From an uncultured bacterium (GTDB lineage: Bacteria; UBP4; UBA4092): 47,180 nt of DNA. The stretch spans positions 62,001 to 109,180 of the forward strand of contig CAZXWN010000008.1 in NCBI GenBank assembly GCA_964644695.1. The letters are read 5' to 3'. The notes under the pieces are model-generated. The model was not told the origin of the DNA. It did no database searches and saw only the letters and a program-made list of their open reading frames with translations. Shown here one piece after another: positions 20,831 through 30,995 of this stretch (its first letter is position 1; each line of letters opens with the position of its first letter). Made by a program: the position numbers and the translations under genes.

Positions 20831-21845
20831 TTGTCTTAATCCTCGGGTCAAGTTTGGAGTAGAACAGGTCAGCCAGGAAGTTGGCTACAATAACAGCAAT
20901 GGTGATACACAGGAAGATTGCCTGCATTACCGGATAATCACGCTGAGCCAGCGCAGTCCCTAATGCCCAACCTATCCCCTTATACATAAAAACGGATTCA
21001 ATCAGCGGCGCACCACCAATAAGCAGCCCTAACTGAAGAACTAAAGTTGTAAATAATGGCAGGATAGCGTTACGGCCTACATACTGAGTAATGATTTTAC
21101 GCTCACTGAGGCCGCGGGCACGGGCCACGAGAACATAATCCTCACCTAAGGTGCTCATGGTCGTGTTTTTCATTTGAAGGATCCAGGCACCGACTGTGGT
21201 CAGAATATAAGTAGCCATTGGCATGAAGGCGTGCCCAAAGATACCCAATATCCATTGGAAAGTCCAGGGTTCCATCCCCGGAGGGGCCGTTCCACGCATT
21301 AAACTGATGGGGACAATCCGCAGATGCACTCCAATAAATATCAAAAGGAGGATACCGACCAGGTAATTCGGGATAGCCGTCATAATTGAAGCCAGCCAGG
21401 AGATGAGATGGTCATACCAGGTGCCTCGTTTGTAGGCGATATACATCCCGATGGTCGTCCCGATGATAAAACTCAGAATAATGGAAGTCCCAACAGAGAA
21501 CAGGGTCCAGGGCAGATATTCTTTGATGTATTGCACGACCGGAGTACCCGGGGAGACAAGCGACATCCCCATGTCCCCTTTAGACAGGTTCTTTAAATAA
21601 TCCCAATACTGCTTCCAGAGGGGGTCATCAATATTGATGGAGAATAACGCAGCGGCCTGGTCACGGGCTTCTGCATAACTCATACCCAGAACATTAACTT
21701 GTTGCTGAATGTATAATTCCATCGGATTACCCGGCATGAGCCGAATCATAAAGAAGGTCAAAGTCATAACAAACAGAATGGTTCCCACCATCTTTAATAA
21801 GCGGCGAACCAGAAAACTGGCGTAGAGTTTCTTAATAAACTTCAT
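20817..21845 (-). CDS. oppB: ABC transporter permease, OppB/DppB type
   Basis: RLMPGNP, QYWDYL..GDMG, DYVLVARARGL, RDYPVMQ, LDPRI. Confidence 0.9.
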   Translation of the reverse strand: MKFIKKLYASFLVRRLLKMVGTILFVMTLTFFMIRLMPGNPMELYIQQQVNVLGMSYAEARDQAAALFSINIDDPLWKQYWDYLKNLSKGDMGMSLVSPGTPVVQYIKEYLPWTLFSVGTSIILSFIIGTTIGMYIAYKRGTWYDHLISWLASIMTAIPNYLVGILLLIFIGVHLRIVPISLMRGTAPPGMEPWTFQWILGIFGHAFMPMATYILTTVGAWILQMKNTTMSTLGEDYVLVARARGLSERKIITQYVGRNAILPLFTTLVLQLGLLIGGAPLIESVFMYKGIGWALGTALAQRDYPVMQAIFLCITIAVIVANFLADLFYSKLDPRIKTNAAE

Positions 21846-21847
21846 GA

Positions 21848-24019
21848 TTACTTTCCTGCCTTTCCAGCGGTGCCTTTAGGTCGCAGGGTACCATCAAACA
21901 TCATGATGACCATGAAATTATCCGAATATAAGGCGTTTTGATAGTAAGACGAGTCTTTGGGTAAAGGTTCGATACGTTTATTTTCAAGTAAGGGTGAATT
22001 ACCATATCGCTCATAGACAGGAATAATGGGCAGGTAATAATTCTGGGCAACTGCCAACTGCTCAATATCCCGTTTTTGTCCCTCTAAATCAAAACCAATG
22101 GAACATTCCTTCACTAAATCCTCAAGGTTTAGCTGTCCATAGTAAGGAACATCCTGGATAAGTGGGAATTCCATACCCGGACCTAACTTTCCTTCCGGGT
22201 CGTTATAGGTGATGTAATTGGCTTCATAGGCAAAACTGGGGTGAGGCTGAGAGGCACCACAAGCTCTAATGGTCATGTCATACCGTCCCTGGTTCATTTC
22301 AGTAGGCCACTGAGTCGAATTGACCGCACGAAGACTGACATCCAGACCAAATTTCCGCATCTGAAGAACAATGTTTTCAGCAGCACTGGCCCAGTCCGCA
22401 TATTCCAGAATACACATCAGGTCCCATTGAATCCGTTTCCCACGGTCATCATACCACCAGCCGTTCTTCTTCTGACAACCTGCCTCTTTGAGGAGAGCTT
22501 CCGCTTTTGCAAAACTGTGCGGATATTGATTCATGTGGCTGATGGCTTCAGGGGACATCCATTTGGAAACCAGACTGTCAGAGAATCCAGACAGATATTT
22601 ATAGGGTTTGGCTGCATAGCCTAAGGCACAGAAGGCTGCTTCATCCCGGTTTATCAAATAAGCCAACGCCTGACGGACCTCGCGCTTATTCAGAGGATAA
22701 GACTTCTCGTTATTATTACAACCGACAGCAACTCCGGCGTAGGTGGGAGGCCGCATGATCCTGAATCCCATCTTGCTGAGCTGCCGTTCCGTCGCAATGG
22801 GGAACCCGTGAGTTGCATAATCCAACTCATTGGCCATCAACATCGGGGTAATGGTGGGGGTTTCACCGTTATATAAAATTACTTTATCGAACTGGATATT
22901 TTCCTTACCCCAATAATCCTTGAATTTCCGCAGGGTCAACTGGGATTCATTGACATCCTTCATTGAGAGCATGAACGGACCCGTTCCATACCGGTATTCA
23001 GGACGGAAGGCATTGAGTTCATTCCGAACCACTTTAGATTTATCTTTGATAGGTTTCCATTGCGCATCCAGGGCTTCTTTAAGAAGTGCCGCCAGTTTAT
23101 TGGATAAGAGTTGTTCCGGAGTCGGAGCGGGATATACAGGGGCGGGTTTGCCTTCGCGTTTCGCCTTGCGTTCCTCAATGATTTTGGCACGGCTGGACTT
23201 TTCTATTTCCTCATAGTTTGCGGGTTTGGCAGCCCATTGAGCCGGCCGGGTCTTCAAAATACCTTGAAGATATTTCACGACCTGTTTCTCAGCCTTATCT
23301 CGTTCAGGGCTTTTCTTTTCAGCCGTATCCGCAGCATAAGGTTTAATGAGCGCAATCAAATCCGCAGGTACAGCCTCATTCAAACCATTCACGGTTTTGT
23401 ATTTGCGGATATTTTCATCCACATCTTTGATATAAATTTCTTCATCGGCCCAGGTCAAAATCCGGTCTGAGAACTTACCATAAACAGAATGGGGTCGAAT
23501 AAGTGTTGTTCGGAGAATAAACCGTTCAATGACTGAATAGGGATTTTTGACATGGAAAACAACGGTGTATTTATCCCGGGCATAGACTTTATCAATATAC
23601 TTCTTCTGCCAGACGGTCTGGTTCATGAGGTAGGTCACATAAAATGTAGAGACGACATCTTTTGCGGTGAAATCCGAACCATCATGGAACTTTACACCCT
23701 GCCGTAAATGAACAACATACTCATTAGCCTTCTGATCAAGAGTCCAGTCTGTCGCCAGAATGGGGACCCATTTTTCTTCTTTCCAGTTATAGAATCCCAA
23801 GCTCTGTTCAACAAAATCGACATAAATTCCCATATTAATGGCATTGGTAATAAAGGGGTTCAGATGCCCCTGGGGAGGAGGAAGATAAATACCGGGCGCT
23901 CCATTAAATACCTTTTCATTCTTTTCAGCATCAGATTTGCCGCATCCCGACAAAACAATGAAACTTGCTAAAATCAGACCTAAAACAATATAGCCAGTTA
24001 TCCGTTTAGTGATCCACAT
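21848..24019 (-). CDS. oppA: Family 5 solute-binding lipoprotein with a large internal insertion (may bind oligosaccharides)
   Basis: Lipobox LSG-C; LATDW, LRQGVKFHDG.DFTAKDV, GTGPF, VRQALAYLINR. Confidence 0.85.
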   Translation of the reverse strand: MWITKRITGYIVLGLILASFIVLSGCGKSDAEKNEKVFNGAPGIYLPPPQGHLNPFITNAINMGIYVDFVEQSLGFYNWKEEKWVPILATDWTLDQKANEYVVHLRQGVKFHDGSDFTAKDVVSTFYVTYLMNQTVWQKKYIDKVYARDKYTVVFHVKNPYSVIERFILRTTLIRPHSVYGKFSDRILTWADEEIYIKDVDENIRKYKTVNGLNEAVPADLIALIKPYAADTAEKKSPERDKAEKQVVKYLQGILKTRPAQWAAKPANYEEIEKSSRAKIIEERKAKREGKPAPVYPAPTPEQLLSNKLAALLKEALDAQWKPIKDKSKVVRNELNAFRPEYRYGTGPFMLSMKDVNESQLTLRKFKDYWGKENIQFDKVILYNGETPTITPMLMANELDYATHGFPIATERQLSKMGFRIMRPPTYAGVAVGCNNNEKSYPLNKREVRQALAYLINRDEAAFCALGYAAKPYKYLSGFSDSLVSKWMSPEAISHMNQYPHSFAKAEALLKEAGCQKKNGWWYDDRGKRIQWDLMCILEYADWASAAENIVLQMRKFGLDVSLRAVNSTQWPTEMNQGRYDMTIRACGASQPHPSFAYEANYITYNDPEGKLGPGMEFPLIQDVPYYGQLNLEDLVKECSIGFDLEGQKRDIEQLAVAQNYYLPIIPVYERYGNSPLLENKRIEPLPKDSSYYQNALYSDNFMVIMMFDGTLRPKGTAGKAGK

Positions 24020-24151
24020 GATTTATCCTATGTTATGAAAAAACTAGTCTATTTTACATAGATTATACAAAAATGAAAAATATTCTCATAAAATGGTTCC
24101 GAAAAACGAACCCCATTTATGTTTTATCATGGGGATTGTAGCATAAACCCT

Positions 24152-26596
24152 TTAGTGAGACGGATTCGAAATCCGCTGGGCCTTACTACGAACCGCTCCA
24201 TATACTTGTATCTCGTCCACCCACACTTGGGGGCAGGACCGTTCAAATGTCACCCGAACATACCGTACAGTTCGTGGTTGGAATTTCACCAGCATATCCC
24301 CGGCAATTCTCTTACCTAATTCTTCCCGATGTAGTCGGGTCGTACCGGCGGTTCTCCAGGACTTCCCATCACGAGAGACTTCCACCTTGACGGAGCGCGG
24401 GAAAAATAACCCTTCTTTCCCACCCCCAATCACATGGGAATAGACCTTGCTGATTCGTTCCTGTTTACCTAAATCGTAAGTAATCACGGGGTCCACATCC
24501 TCAAAACCGACTACTATCGCCGTAGTATCCGCATGGGGCAGGAAGAAATAATCATTTAATTTTTTTAATGAGTCGTCAGCATAAGTAGAAAGAGGCGAAT
24601 ATTTATAAGAGTATTTTTTACCAAAGGAAACACAGACGGGATAAATTTCCTTAATGAACTGATACATACTGTCATATCCATCCCGGGCAAAGGGCGCCGA
24701 TGTCTGGGAAGCATAGGCCATATCACCCAAAAGCCAGACCGATTGATAACATCCCGTGAAACAGTCGCCCATGTAGCCTTCCCGTTCCGGAACCCCAAAA
24801 TCAAGATAGGCCCTGTAATTGAGGCCATCCTTACAAACACGGTTTACTATCTCCAGTTCATAACCCATCCCATATTGGCGGGTACGATGAGCCGTTTCTA
24901 ATAAACGGTTGGGGTCAGGCTGACCCCCTCGAGATTCTCTGTCCATCCAGGCATAGTTAGGCTGATATTGAACACAATCAAATCCGTAATCCCGCCAGGT
25001 AGAGTAATCCGCAAAAAAGTAAGGTATCCATTCAAATAACAGGTGGCGTTGATGGACTTCTTTGGCGACAGCCTTTACTAACTGGGCATTCTCATGGACC
25101 TCTTCACTCATCCAATACATTGCAACCAGCTCCAGATTTTGGAACTGGGCGGTACTCCACCGAGATAAAAAGTTATCCAAATACCATACATTGGCTTTCA
25201 GGCGGTTTTGGGGAACAGTAAAATCTTCGGAGATTCCATCATTATCCACATCCCCAAAGTCCCTGACTTTCTCATTGGGATAGGGAACCATGACGGCCAG
25301 TTTGAACCGATAATCCGGTTTGTTGAGATGTTTCTTCACCTGTGCAACAACTTCGTCAAGTTTATGAAGTTGTCGGTTCGGAACAAACAACTGGTCCAGA
25401 TATTGAGTCCAGTCATCTTTGAGGGTCTGACCCCACCCATAATCATTTCCTGTGGAGGACCCACTAAGGGCCAGACATAATCCACTGTCGTACATAAAAT
25501 CCAGAGGTTTTCCTGTTTTGGCATCAATATAAGCAACATAGGGTAGATAATCTTCGGTCCGATACCACATAATATTATTGATATTTCGGCCCAAATTAAT
25601 CGGAGTCTGCCATTTTCCGCCCTGAAATTTAGTTCGGAATAAATCGGTAACATCGCCGCGCCAAAGAAGAGGTCCCCGGCCAGAGAATATCATAGAGTCC
25701 CCATCCGGAGAGATACAGGGCCACCCGGTTCCATATCCGGAATTATCTTCTTCCGGGAACAATTCCGTTATCTGATTCACGACAGCCTTATTCCATCCAT
25801 CCTGGGCAGATTTACGCTGTCCCTTGAAAATTGCCCACTGGTCATTTCCAAGAGCACGAATATCTTTCCGATTGGCACCAAAATATAGAGTCTGATTATC
25901 TGCGGTCAGGGAGACTCCCCCACTCTCATCAAAATGGGAATTGATGGGCTTCCCAAGATTCACAGGAGTTTTCCAGTTTCCTTTTTCATTTTGAGTGGAT
26001 ACCCAGATATCAAAACCACCGAATCCCCCCGGTCGATTGGATTGGATATACAGAGATTTCCCATCGCGGGACAGGAACAGTCCACAGTCCTGATATCCTT
26101 CAGGGGCGGATATTTTATCTCCGGCAGCTGCTTCCACCTCGATACTTTGGGGGACAGACCAGGTAGAATCGGACTGAAGACGGGTCACAAAGATTCGCCA
26201 GTCGGTTGTTATTCGGCTTCCCGTAGAGGATATATTTCGGTTGGAGATGAAATACATCCGGGTTCCGTCAGGGGTCAAGGTTGGAGAATGAGAAGCGGTC
26301 CCGGAAATCCGTAATTCTTTTATCGGAGACGGGGGAAGGCTGTGATTCGTCGTAAAAGTGGAGGTCCAGAGTTCCTCTTCACCAGGTTGTCCAATAGAAT
26401 AATAAATACGGCTGCCATCCGCAGAAACCCAGGGTGTTCCATGATAAGAAGTCTCCTGAGTCCCGTTCAGGTTATAAAAAAGAACCTGATGTTTCATGCC
26501 GCCGGCGGCAGGGGCTCCCTTGGGTAAATAATTCTGACTAAAACCAACTCCAGAAAGCACTATTGCAACAAAAGATGTCAATAAAAACCGATTCAC
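24152..26596 (-). CDS. Secreted multidomain protein: PD40 beta-propeller, DUF4855-like domain, discoidin/F5-8 type C domain
   Basis: Signal peptide; SADG, TPDG, SRPGGFGGFDIW, PVNLG repeats; YLPYVAYID, WIPYF, QPNY; ITYDLG...VEVSRDG...RYVRV...DEIQVY. Confidence 0.75.
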   Translation of the reverse strand: MNRFLLTSFVAIVLSGVGFSQNYLPKGAPAAGGMKHQVLFYNLNGTQETSYHGTPWVSADGSRIYYSIGQPGEEELWTSTFTTNHSLPPSPIKELRISGTASHSPTLTPDGTRMYFISNRNISSTGSRITTDWRIFVTRLQSDSTWSVPQSIEVEAAAGDKISAPEGYQDCGLFLSRDGKSLYIQSNRPGGFGGFDIWVSTQNEKGNWKTPVNLGKPINSHFDESGGVSLTADNQTLYFGANRKDIRALGNDQWAIFKGQRKSAQDGWNKAVVNQITELFPEEDNSGYGTGWPCISPDGDSMIFSGRGPLLWRGDVTDLFRTKFQGGKWQTPINLGRNINNIMWYRTEDYLPYVAYIDAKTGKPLDFMYDSGLCLALSGSSTGNDYGWGQTLKDDWTQYLDQLFVPNRQLHKLDEVVAQVKKHLNKPDYRFKLAVMVPYPNEKVRDFGDVDNDGISEDFTVPQNRLKANVWYLDNFLSRWSTAQFQNLELVAMYWMSEEVHENAQLVKAVAKEVHQRHLLFEWIPYFFADYSTWRDYGFDCVQYQPNYAWMDRESRGGQPDPNRLLETAHRTRQYGMGYELEIVNRVCKDGLNYRAYLDFGVPEREGYMGDCFTGCYQSVWLLGDMAYASQTSAPFARDGYDSMYQFIKEIYPVCVSFGKKYSYKYSPLSTYADDSLKKLNDYFFLPHADTTAIVVGFEDVDPVITYDLGKQERISKVYSHVIGGGKEGLFFPRSVKVEVSRDGKSWRTAGTTRLHREELGKRIAGDMLVKFQPRTVRYVRVTFERSCPQVWVDEIQVYGAVRSKAQRISNPSH

Positions 26597-26820
26597 ACCA
26601 ACCTCCGGGGATGTCCTGAGTTATAAACTTGTCAATACTATACCATTCCCGAATGGCGATATGTAGATACAAAATCATTTTCTATTTATACCCTGCCCAG
26701 AATCAAATATTTATTGGATAGGAAAGTAGTATAAATACCCTAATGTGGAGGGGCTGAGGCGGCAGGAAACCACCCAACGAAACAGAATTACACGCCTTAG
26801 TCTAAGGTTGTATAAAACAA

Positions 26821-29385
26821 TTATTCGTTTTGATTTGAACGATTATATTCCACCTCAATTTCTTTGTTTTCAGCTTCAATATTTTCAACTTCAACATTAA
26901 TCATTGTTCGTATTGGCTCATAAATTGGAATGTCTTGATTAATCGCCTCAAGACTTATTACTAAGGAATATTTTGCCTTTAATAAACTGCCCCAACCTTT
27001 GTGGCCTCGAACAGCAATACAAAAAGCATCGCTCAATTGGTTGGACTGAATAATACACCAGTCTTTTTGCAGGGTGCCATTTTTTCTTGAGAAGTCATTA
27101 ATGCTACCTCTATTCACAGCATCACCTATCATCCAATTAAAATCTCCATCATCTTCAATACTCGCACCTGTCTCTAGTATCCGGCGTGCAAATACTTCTG
27201 AATCCTCCCCGATTTTACTACAACACCAATCCACCCAAGAGGAAAGGTATCCCTTTATATATCTTCTTGTACGGCGAGGAGCTGCTACATAGGATAAGGT
27301 TACCTCAAGCAGGATAGTGTAATCTTCACCTACAGAATTCAACTCTTCTGGAATTGGAATTTTGAATATATGTGCTTCATCTTCTCCGATTTCTGAGATA
27401 GACGGGGTAATAAGAGTAATTCTGTAATCGTTATTATGCGTAGCTCTATCCAAATCAGGGATACCGTATCCTATTCGCCGTAATAGTGTCTGACATCCAC
27501 TATTGTCGAATCCTCGTGAGTAATCTGGCCATCTAGCAGATTGAGCAATGAGTGCTCTATACAATAATGCAGGTAAGTCAGGAAAGTTTTTTTCTATTTC
27601 TGCAGCAATATGTGCGACTTTGGGAGTAGAAAATGAAGTTCCTATTACATCGCGAGAGAAGGCGGGGCCTTCTGGCGACCGCCGCAGCAATTCCGGGCAC
27701 ACTTGGGGAGGTGTAGTAAAAACTGGATCATCACTTCTTCTGTTTATTACATATGTACCCCCATATTCAACAATTTCAGGTTTAATCACATCCCATATCC
27801 CAGGACCAGATCGCGAGAAAGAAGATATTTCATCTTTTCCACCTAAAGCAATATTATCTTCTGTTTTGTAATCATCCATAGAAACAGACCCAACAGTTAA
27901 AGCTTGTAGGCTCTGTGCGGGATCAGAAATTCTTGATAACTCTTTATCCAGATAATCCGGATATTGACATCCCGATCTAATATAAGCAGAAATGACCTTA
28001 TGTGAAATATTGCCCGCAGCTTGAATAAATAAAACATCATTTTCGTAAGATTGCATATCTATCTCAGCCGCCCAAGGGGACATATGTTTTAACTCGCAGG
28101 CTTTCTTTGAACCAATAGAGTGATTGAAAACCTTAGTTGGCATTTTAGACTTCTTTGAAAAAGTATCAACAACTGAAGAAATGACTTTTTGGGGGAGAAG
28201 GTTTATCGGCATACAGTTATTGTTGCCTAAAACTTTGAAATTACGAATCCTATAGGGCAATTCATACGTGCCGTGTGAAGGAATAAATCTTGGATAGAGA
28301 ATTGCCCCTGCCACTCTGGTCCCATGTCCACCATTATCAACTTCATCATTAACACTCGAACTAGTAGGAACGAGATTCTTTGAATCCCTTGAGAGTATCG
28401 CTGGTGCTATATATTTGTGTTCTTCCTGTATCCCACTATCCACAACACACACAATAGGAGAATGGTTTGCTGGAGGTACAATTTTAACAGCATCTTCACC
28501 AGATTGTACTTGTTCTTGAAATTTCCCCATATTTATTTCTTCGCTCTCAGACACCTCGAATATATAAGCAAAATTCAATACCAAATCTCGAAGACACTTT
28601 CCGTTGATTCTTAGTCGTGCAGAAAAACTATCAGGTAAAGCCACAAAACCAGAGGAACCATCCACAAACTGAAGAATTTCACCAGCATATTCTGCAATAA
28701 AATTTTCAATAGTGTTTTCGCGTTGGATTTTTAATGCATCCCACTTTTTATATGCATCTGCATACTTTTTTTCCCATCTTTGCTTTCTAGGGGCGTAGTG
28801 CTCCTCTGTTTCATTTCTAGCACGTTTTGGCCTATTAGGAAGTTTAATATTGCCACAACAACTCACGCCGATATCAATTAGGTAAATCTGTTCATCTTCA
28901 ATCGTGGCCCACTTAGAATAAAGTTCAGGGGTAAGCACCTTTTCAAGCCGATTCGTATCCTCACAAAGAGCATAAACTCTAGCTGGCGGATTGCATCGAG
29001 TATTAATATTCGCTATAAAAGCATCGGTTTTTTGGTTAAGTATTTGGAAATCTATATCATCAGTAGCAACAATTATGAAACCTTCGGCTATCTCACAAAT
29101 AATTTCAAAGCCAAGGCCATAAAGAAAATTAATATCTGAAGAGGGGTCAATTTCAAGCAAAATGGGAATACCTATTTCAATAACAGGGAGACCCGATTGC
29201 TGACGACGATCTTTCCAAAAACGAGATAATTCTGCAGAACGCCTTTTAATGTACAATCCATGTACAGCACGATTGTCACAATTATTCTTCGTACCAGAGG
29301 ATAGCGTTCCGCCGCCATTAAGTTTTGGCTTACCTTTGCGTACCATAGGAAGATATAAGTGTTTGAAATCCGAATTATCCGCCAT
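26821..29385 (-). CDS. ietS: S8 subtilisin-like serine protease, IetS/Y4bN type (start ATG 29385)
   Basis: Catalytic triad VDSG, GHGTRVAG, GTSFSTP; no signal peptide; GTLQKDW; directly downstream of an AAA ATPase; AT-rich. Confidence 0.85.
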   Translation of the reverse strand: MADNSDFKHLYLPMVRKGKPKLNGGGTLSSGTKNNCDNRAVHGLYIKRRSAELSRFWKDRRQQSGLPVIEIGIPILLEIDPSSDINFLYGLGFEIICEIAEGFIIVATDDIDFQILNQKTDAFIANINTRCNPPARVYALCEDTNRLEKVLTPELYSKWATIEDEQIYLIDIGVSCCGNIKLPNRPKRARNETEEHYAPRKQRWEKKYADAYKKWDALKIQRENTIENFIAEYAGEILQFVDGSSGFVALPDSFSARLRINGKCLRDLVLNFAYIFEVSESEEINMGKFQEQVQSGEDAVKIVPPANHSPIVCVVDSGIQEEHKYIAPAILSRDSKNLVPTSSSVNDEVDNGGHGTRVAGAILYPRFIPSHGTYELPYRIRNFKVLGNNNCMPINLLPQKVISSVVDTFSKKSKMPTKVFNHSIGSKKACELKHMSPWAAEIDMQSYENDVLFIQAAGNISHKVISAYIRSGCQYPDYLDKELSRISDPAQSLQALTVGSVSMDDYKTEDNIALGGKDEISSFSRSGPGIWDVIKPEIVEYGGTYVINRRSDDPVFTTPPQVCPELLRRSPEGPAFSRDVIGTSFSTPKVAHIAAEIEKNFPDLPALLYRALIAQSARWPDYSRGFDNSGCQTLLRRIGYGIPDLDRATHNNDYRITLITPSISEIGEDEAHIFKIPIPEELNSVGEDYTILLEVTLSYVAAPRRTRRYIKGYLSSWVDWCCSKIGEDSEVFARRILETGASIEDDGDFNWMIGDAVNRGSINDFSRKNGTLQKDWCIIQSNQLSDAFCIAVRGHKGWGSLLKAKYSLVISLEAINQDIPIYEPIRTMINVEVENIEAENKEIEVEYNRSNQNE

Positions 29386-29406
29386 TGAAATCAATACCTC
29401 CAAAGG

Positions 29407-30396
29407 TTAAAACTTTGCGCTCTCAGCAAGTGCTTGCTCAAAACTTTCAATATTTACTTTTTTATTGCCCTCTAATACACTGATTTTTGCAGCACGTTGT
29501 GCTGTTAAAACAATATTTGCGGAAGAACAGCCATCCATTTTTTTAGCAAGTTCTTGGTAATCTATATCTGAAGAAACCGGTATTGCAGAAAGCGTCACTT
29601 TGAGTAGCTTCTCTCTCTCATGAATTTCTGGGATTGGTATTTCGATCACATCATCAAACCTTCTGAATAGAGCTTCATCCAAAGTAACTTTTAGATTTGT
29701 GGTTGCAATAACTAATCCAGGAGCATCATATTCATCCAAAAGAGTTAAGAGCATATTTACAATTCGTGGTACCTCTCCAACATCTTGTGTTGATACACGA
29801 GACTTCGCAATAAAGTCACATTCATCTAACAACAAAACTACTGGTTCCTTTTTGCAATATTCGAATACCGCACGAAGATTAGAGGCTGACTCACCAAAGT
29901 AAGATGAAAGCAATGAGTCGAATCTTACTTTAAGCAAGGGAAGCCCTAAATTCCAAGATATACGCTCTGCACTTAATGTCTTCCCACATCCAGGAGGACC
30001 GTATAACAGTATTTTTTGTTTTGGCGTAAGATTATATTTGCTTAGCCTCTCTTTTGCTGAATATTCCTTTTCAATTGACTGTAAACGTGCCTCGACCTCT
30101 ATTGGTAATACCATATGATGTTTCAATTGTTCTCGTGAAATGAATGAAACTAAGGGAGAATTCGTGCGCTTACTTGTTGGTAGCGATGAAAAACCGCCAC
30201 CATTGTTTAGTTGTTTGTCGCCATAGACAGAAAAGCGTGGCTTTTCTGTAATGGATATGTTCTCCAGTGAATCAGCTAAGATAACATGTCCAGACTTTAA
30301 TTCTTCCTTAACAATCGCATGTGCTATTTTTTTAAGAGAAACAATATCCTCGGAAAAGATAGCTTTGAAAAGCCTCTTCAGTAATTCAGCTTTCAT
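29407..30396 (-). CDS. ietA: AAA+ ATPase, IetA type
   Basis: GPPGCGKT, LLLDE, ATTN, LDEALFRRFD. Confidence 0.85.
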   Translation of the reverse strand: MKAELLKRLFKAIFSEDIVSLKKIAHAIVKEELKSGHVILADSLENISITEKPRFSVYGDKQLNNGGGFSSLPTSKRTNSPLVSFISREQLKHHMVLPIEVEARLQSIEKEYSAKERLSKYNLTPKQKILLYGPPGCGKTLSAERISWNLGLPLLKVRFDSLLSSYFGESASNLRAVFEYCKKEPVVLLLDECDFIAKSRVSTQDVGEVPRIVNMLLTLLDEYDAPGLVIATTNLKVTLDEALFRRFDDVIEIPIPEIHEREKLLKVTLSAIPVSSDIDYQELAKKMDGCSSANIVLTAQRAAKISVLEGNKKVNIESFEQALAESAKF

Positions 30397-30777
30397 CTAA
30401 TAATCAATCTCCTTTTTCGAGAACGATAGAAACAAAGGTTGTAATATAAACAATCCGTTTACGTTGATATTTGTGTATTCAATATTTTTTGACTAGGCTA
30501 ATTTTACATCGTTAACGTCCATGAAACTTACAATTCTATTTGTTTATATGGCCTTTAAATAAGATTTCTTCATTGATGTATTCTCTAATTTACCTTCAAT
30601 CACAAACATAATACTCACACCATTATATATTGAGCCATATTTTGAAGCTCTAATTAAAATCTTCATTTCACCTAGCCATAAGACAAATAACCATTCCCGT
30701 CATTAATTTCCTTTATTCCAAACCCTCTGTTTAGGGATTGAAATCTTGTTGTTTGAGTCAGGAAATATCGAAATTTG

Positions 30778-30827
30778 AACGAATCATCCACGGAGCTGTT
30801 CGGAGATGCTCCGTACCCGATTCGTTT
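30778..30827. repeat. 50-nt two-stem hairpin repeat, copy 1
   Basis: AACGAATC/GATTCGTT and ACGGAGC/GCTCCGT stems; 36/50 identical, ungapped, to 40863-40912. Confidence 0.65.
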
Positions 30828-30918
30828 CTGCCTCGTTTCCGGGATAGATGGGGATATAAGAAAGGTCTGTGGACAGGGGAAAATGGTTCGGAGGGTGGTC
30901 GGGGATATTTATCTGGAT

Positions 30919-30953
30919 AAAAAAAAAGCGGACCGTCAGGAGCGACAACCCGC
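30919..30953 (-). terminator. Intrinsic terminator after the pilin gene
   Basis: Minus strand GCGGGTTGTC-loop-GACGGTCCGC followed by T9. Confidence 0.75.
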
Positions 30954-30995
30954 ATATACTGGAACGGATAGAATCCGTGTGAAAAAGGCTTTTGT

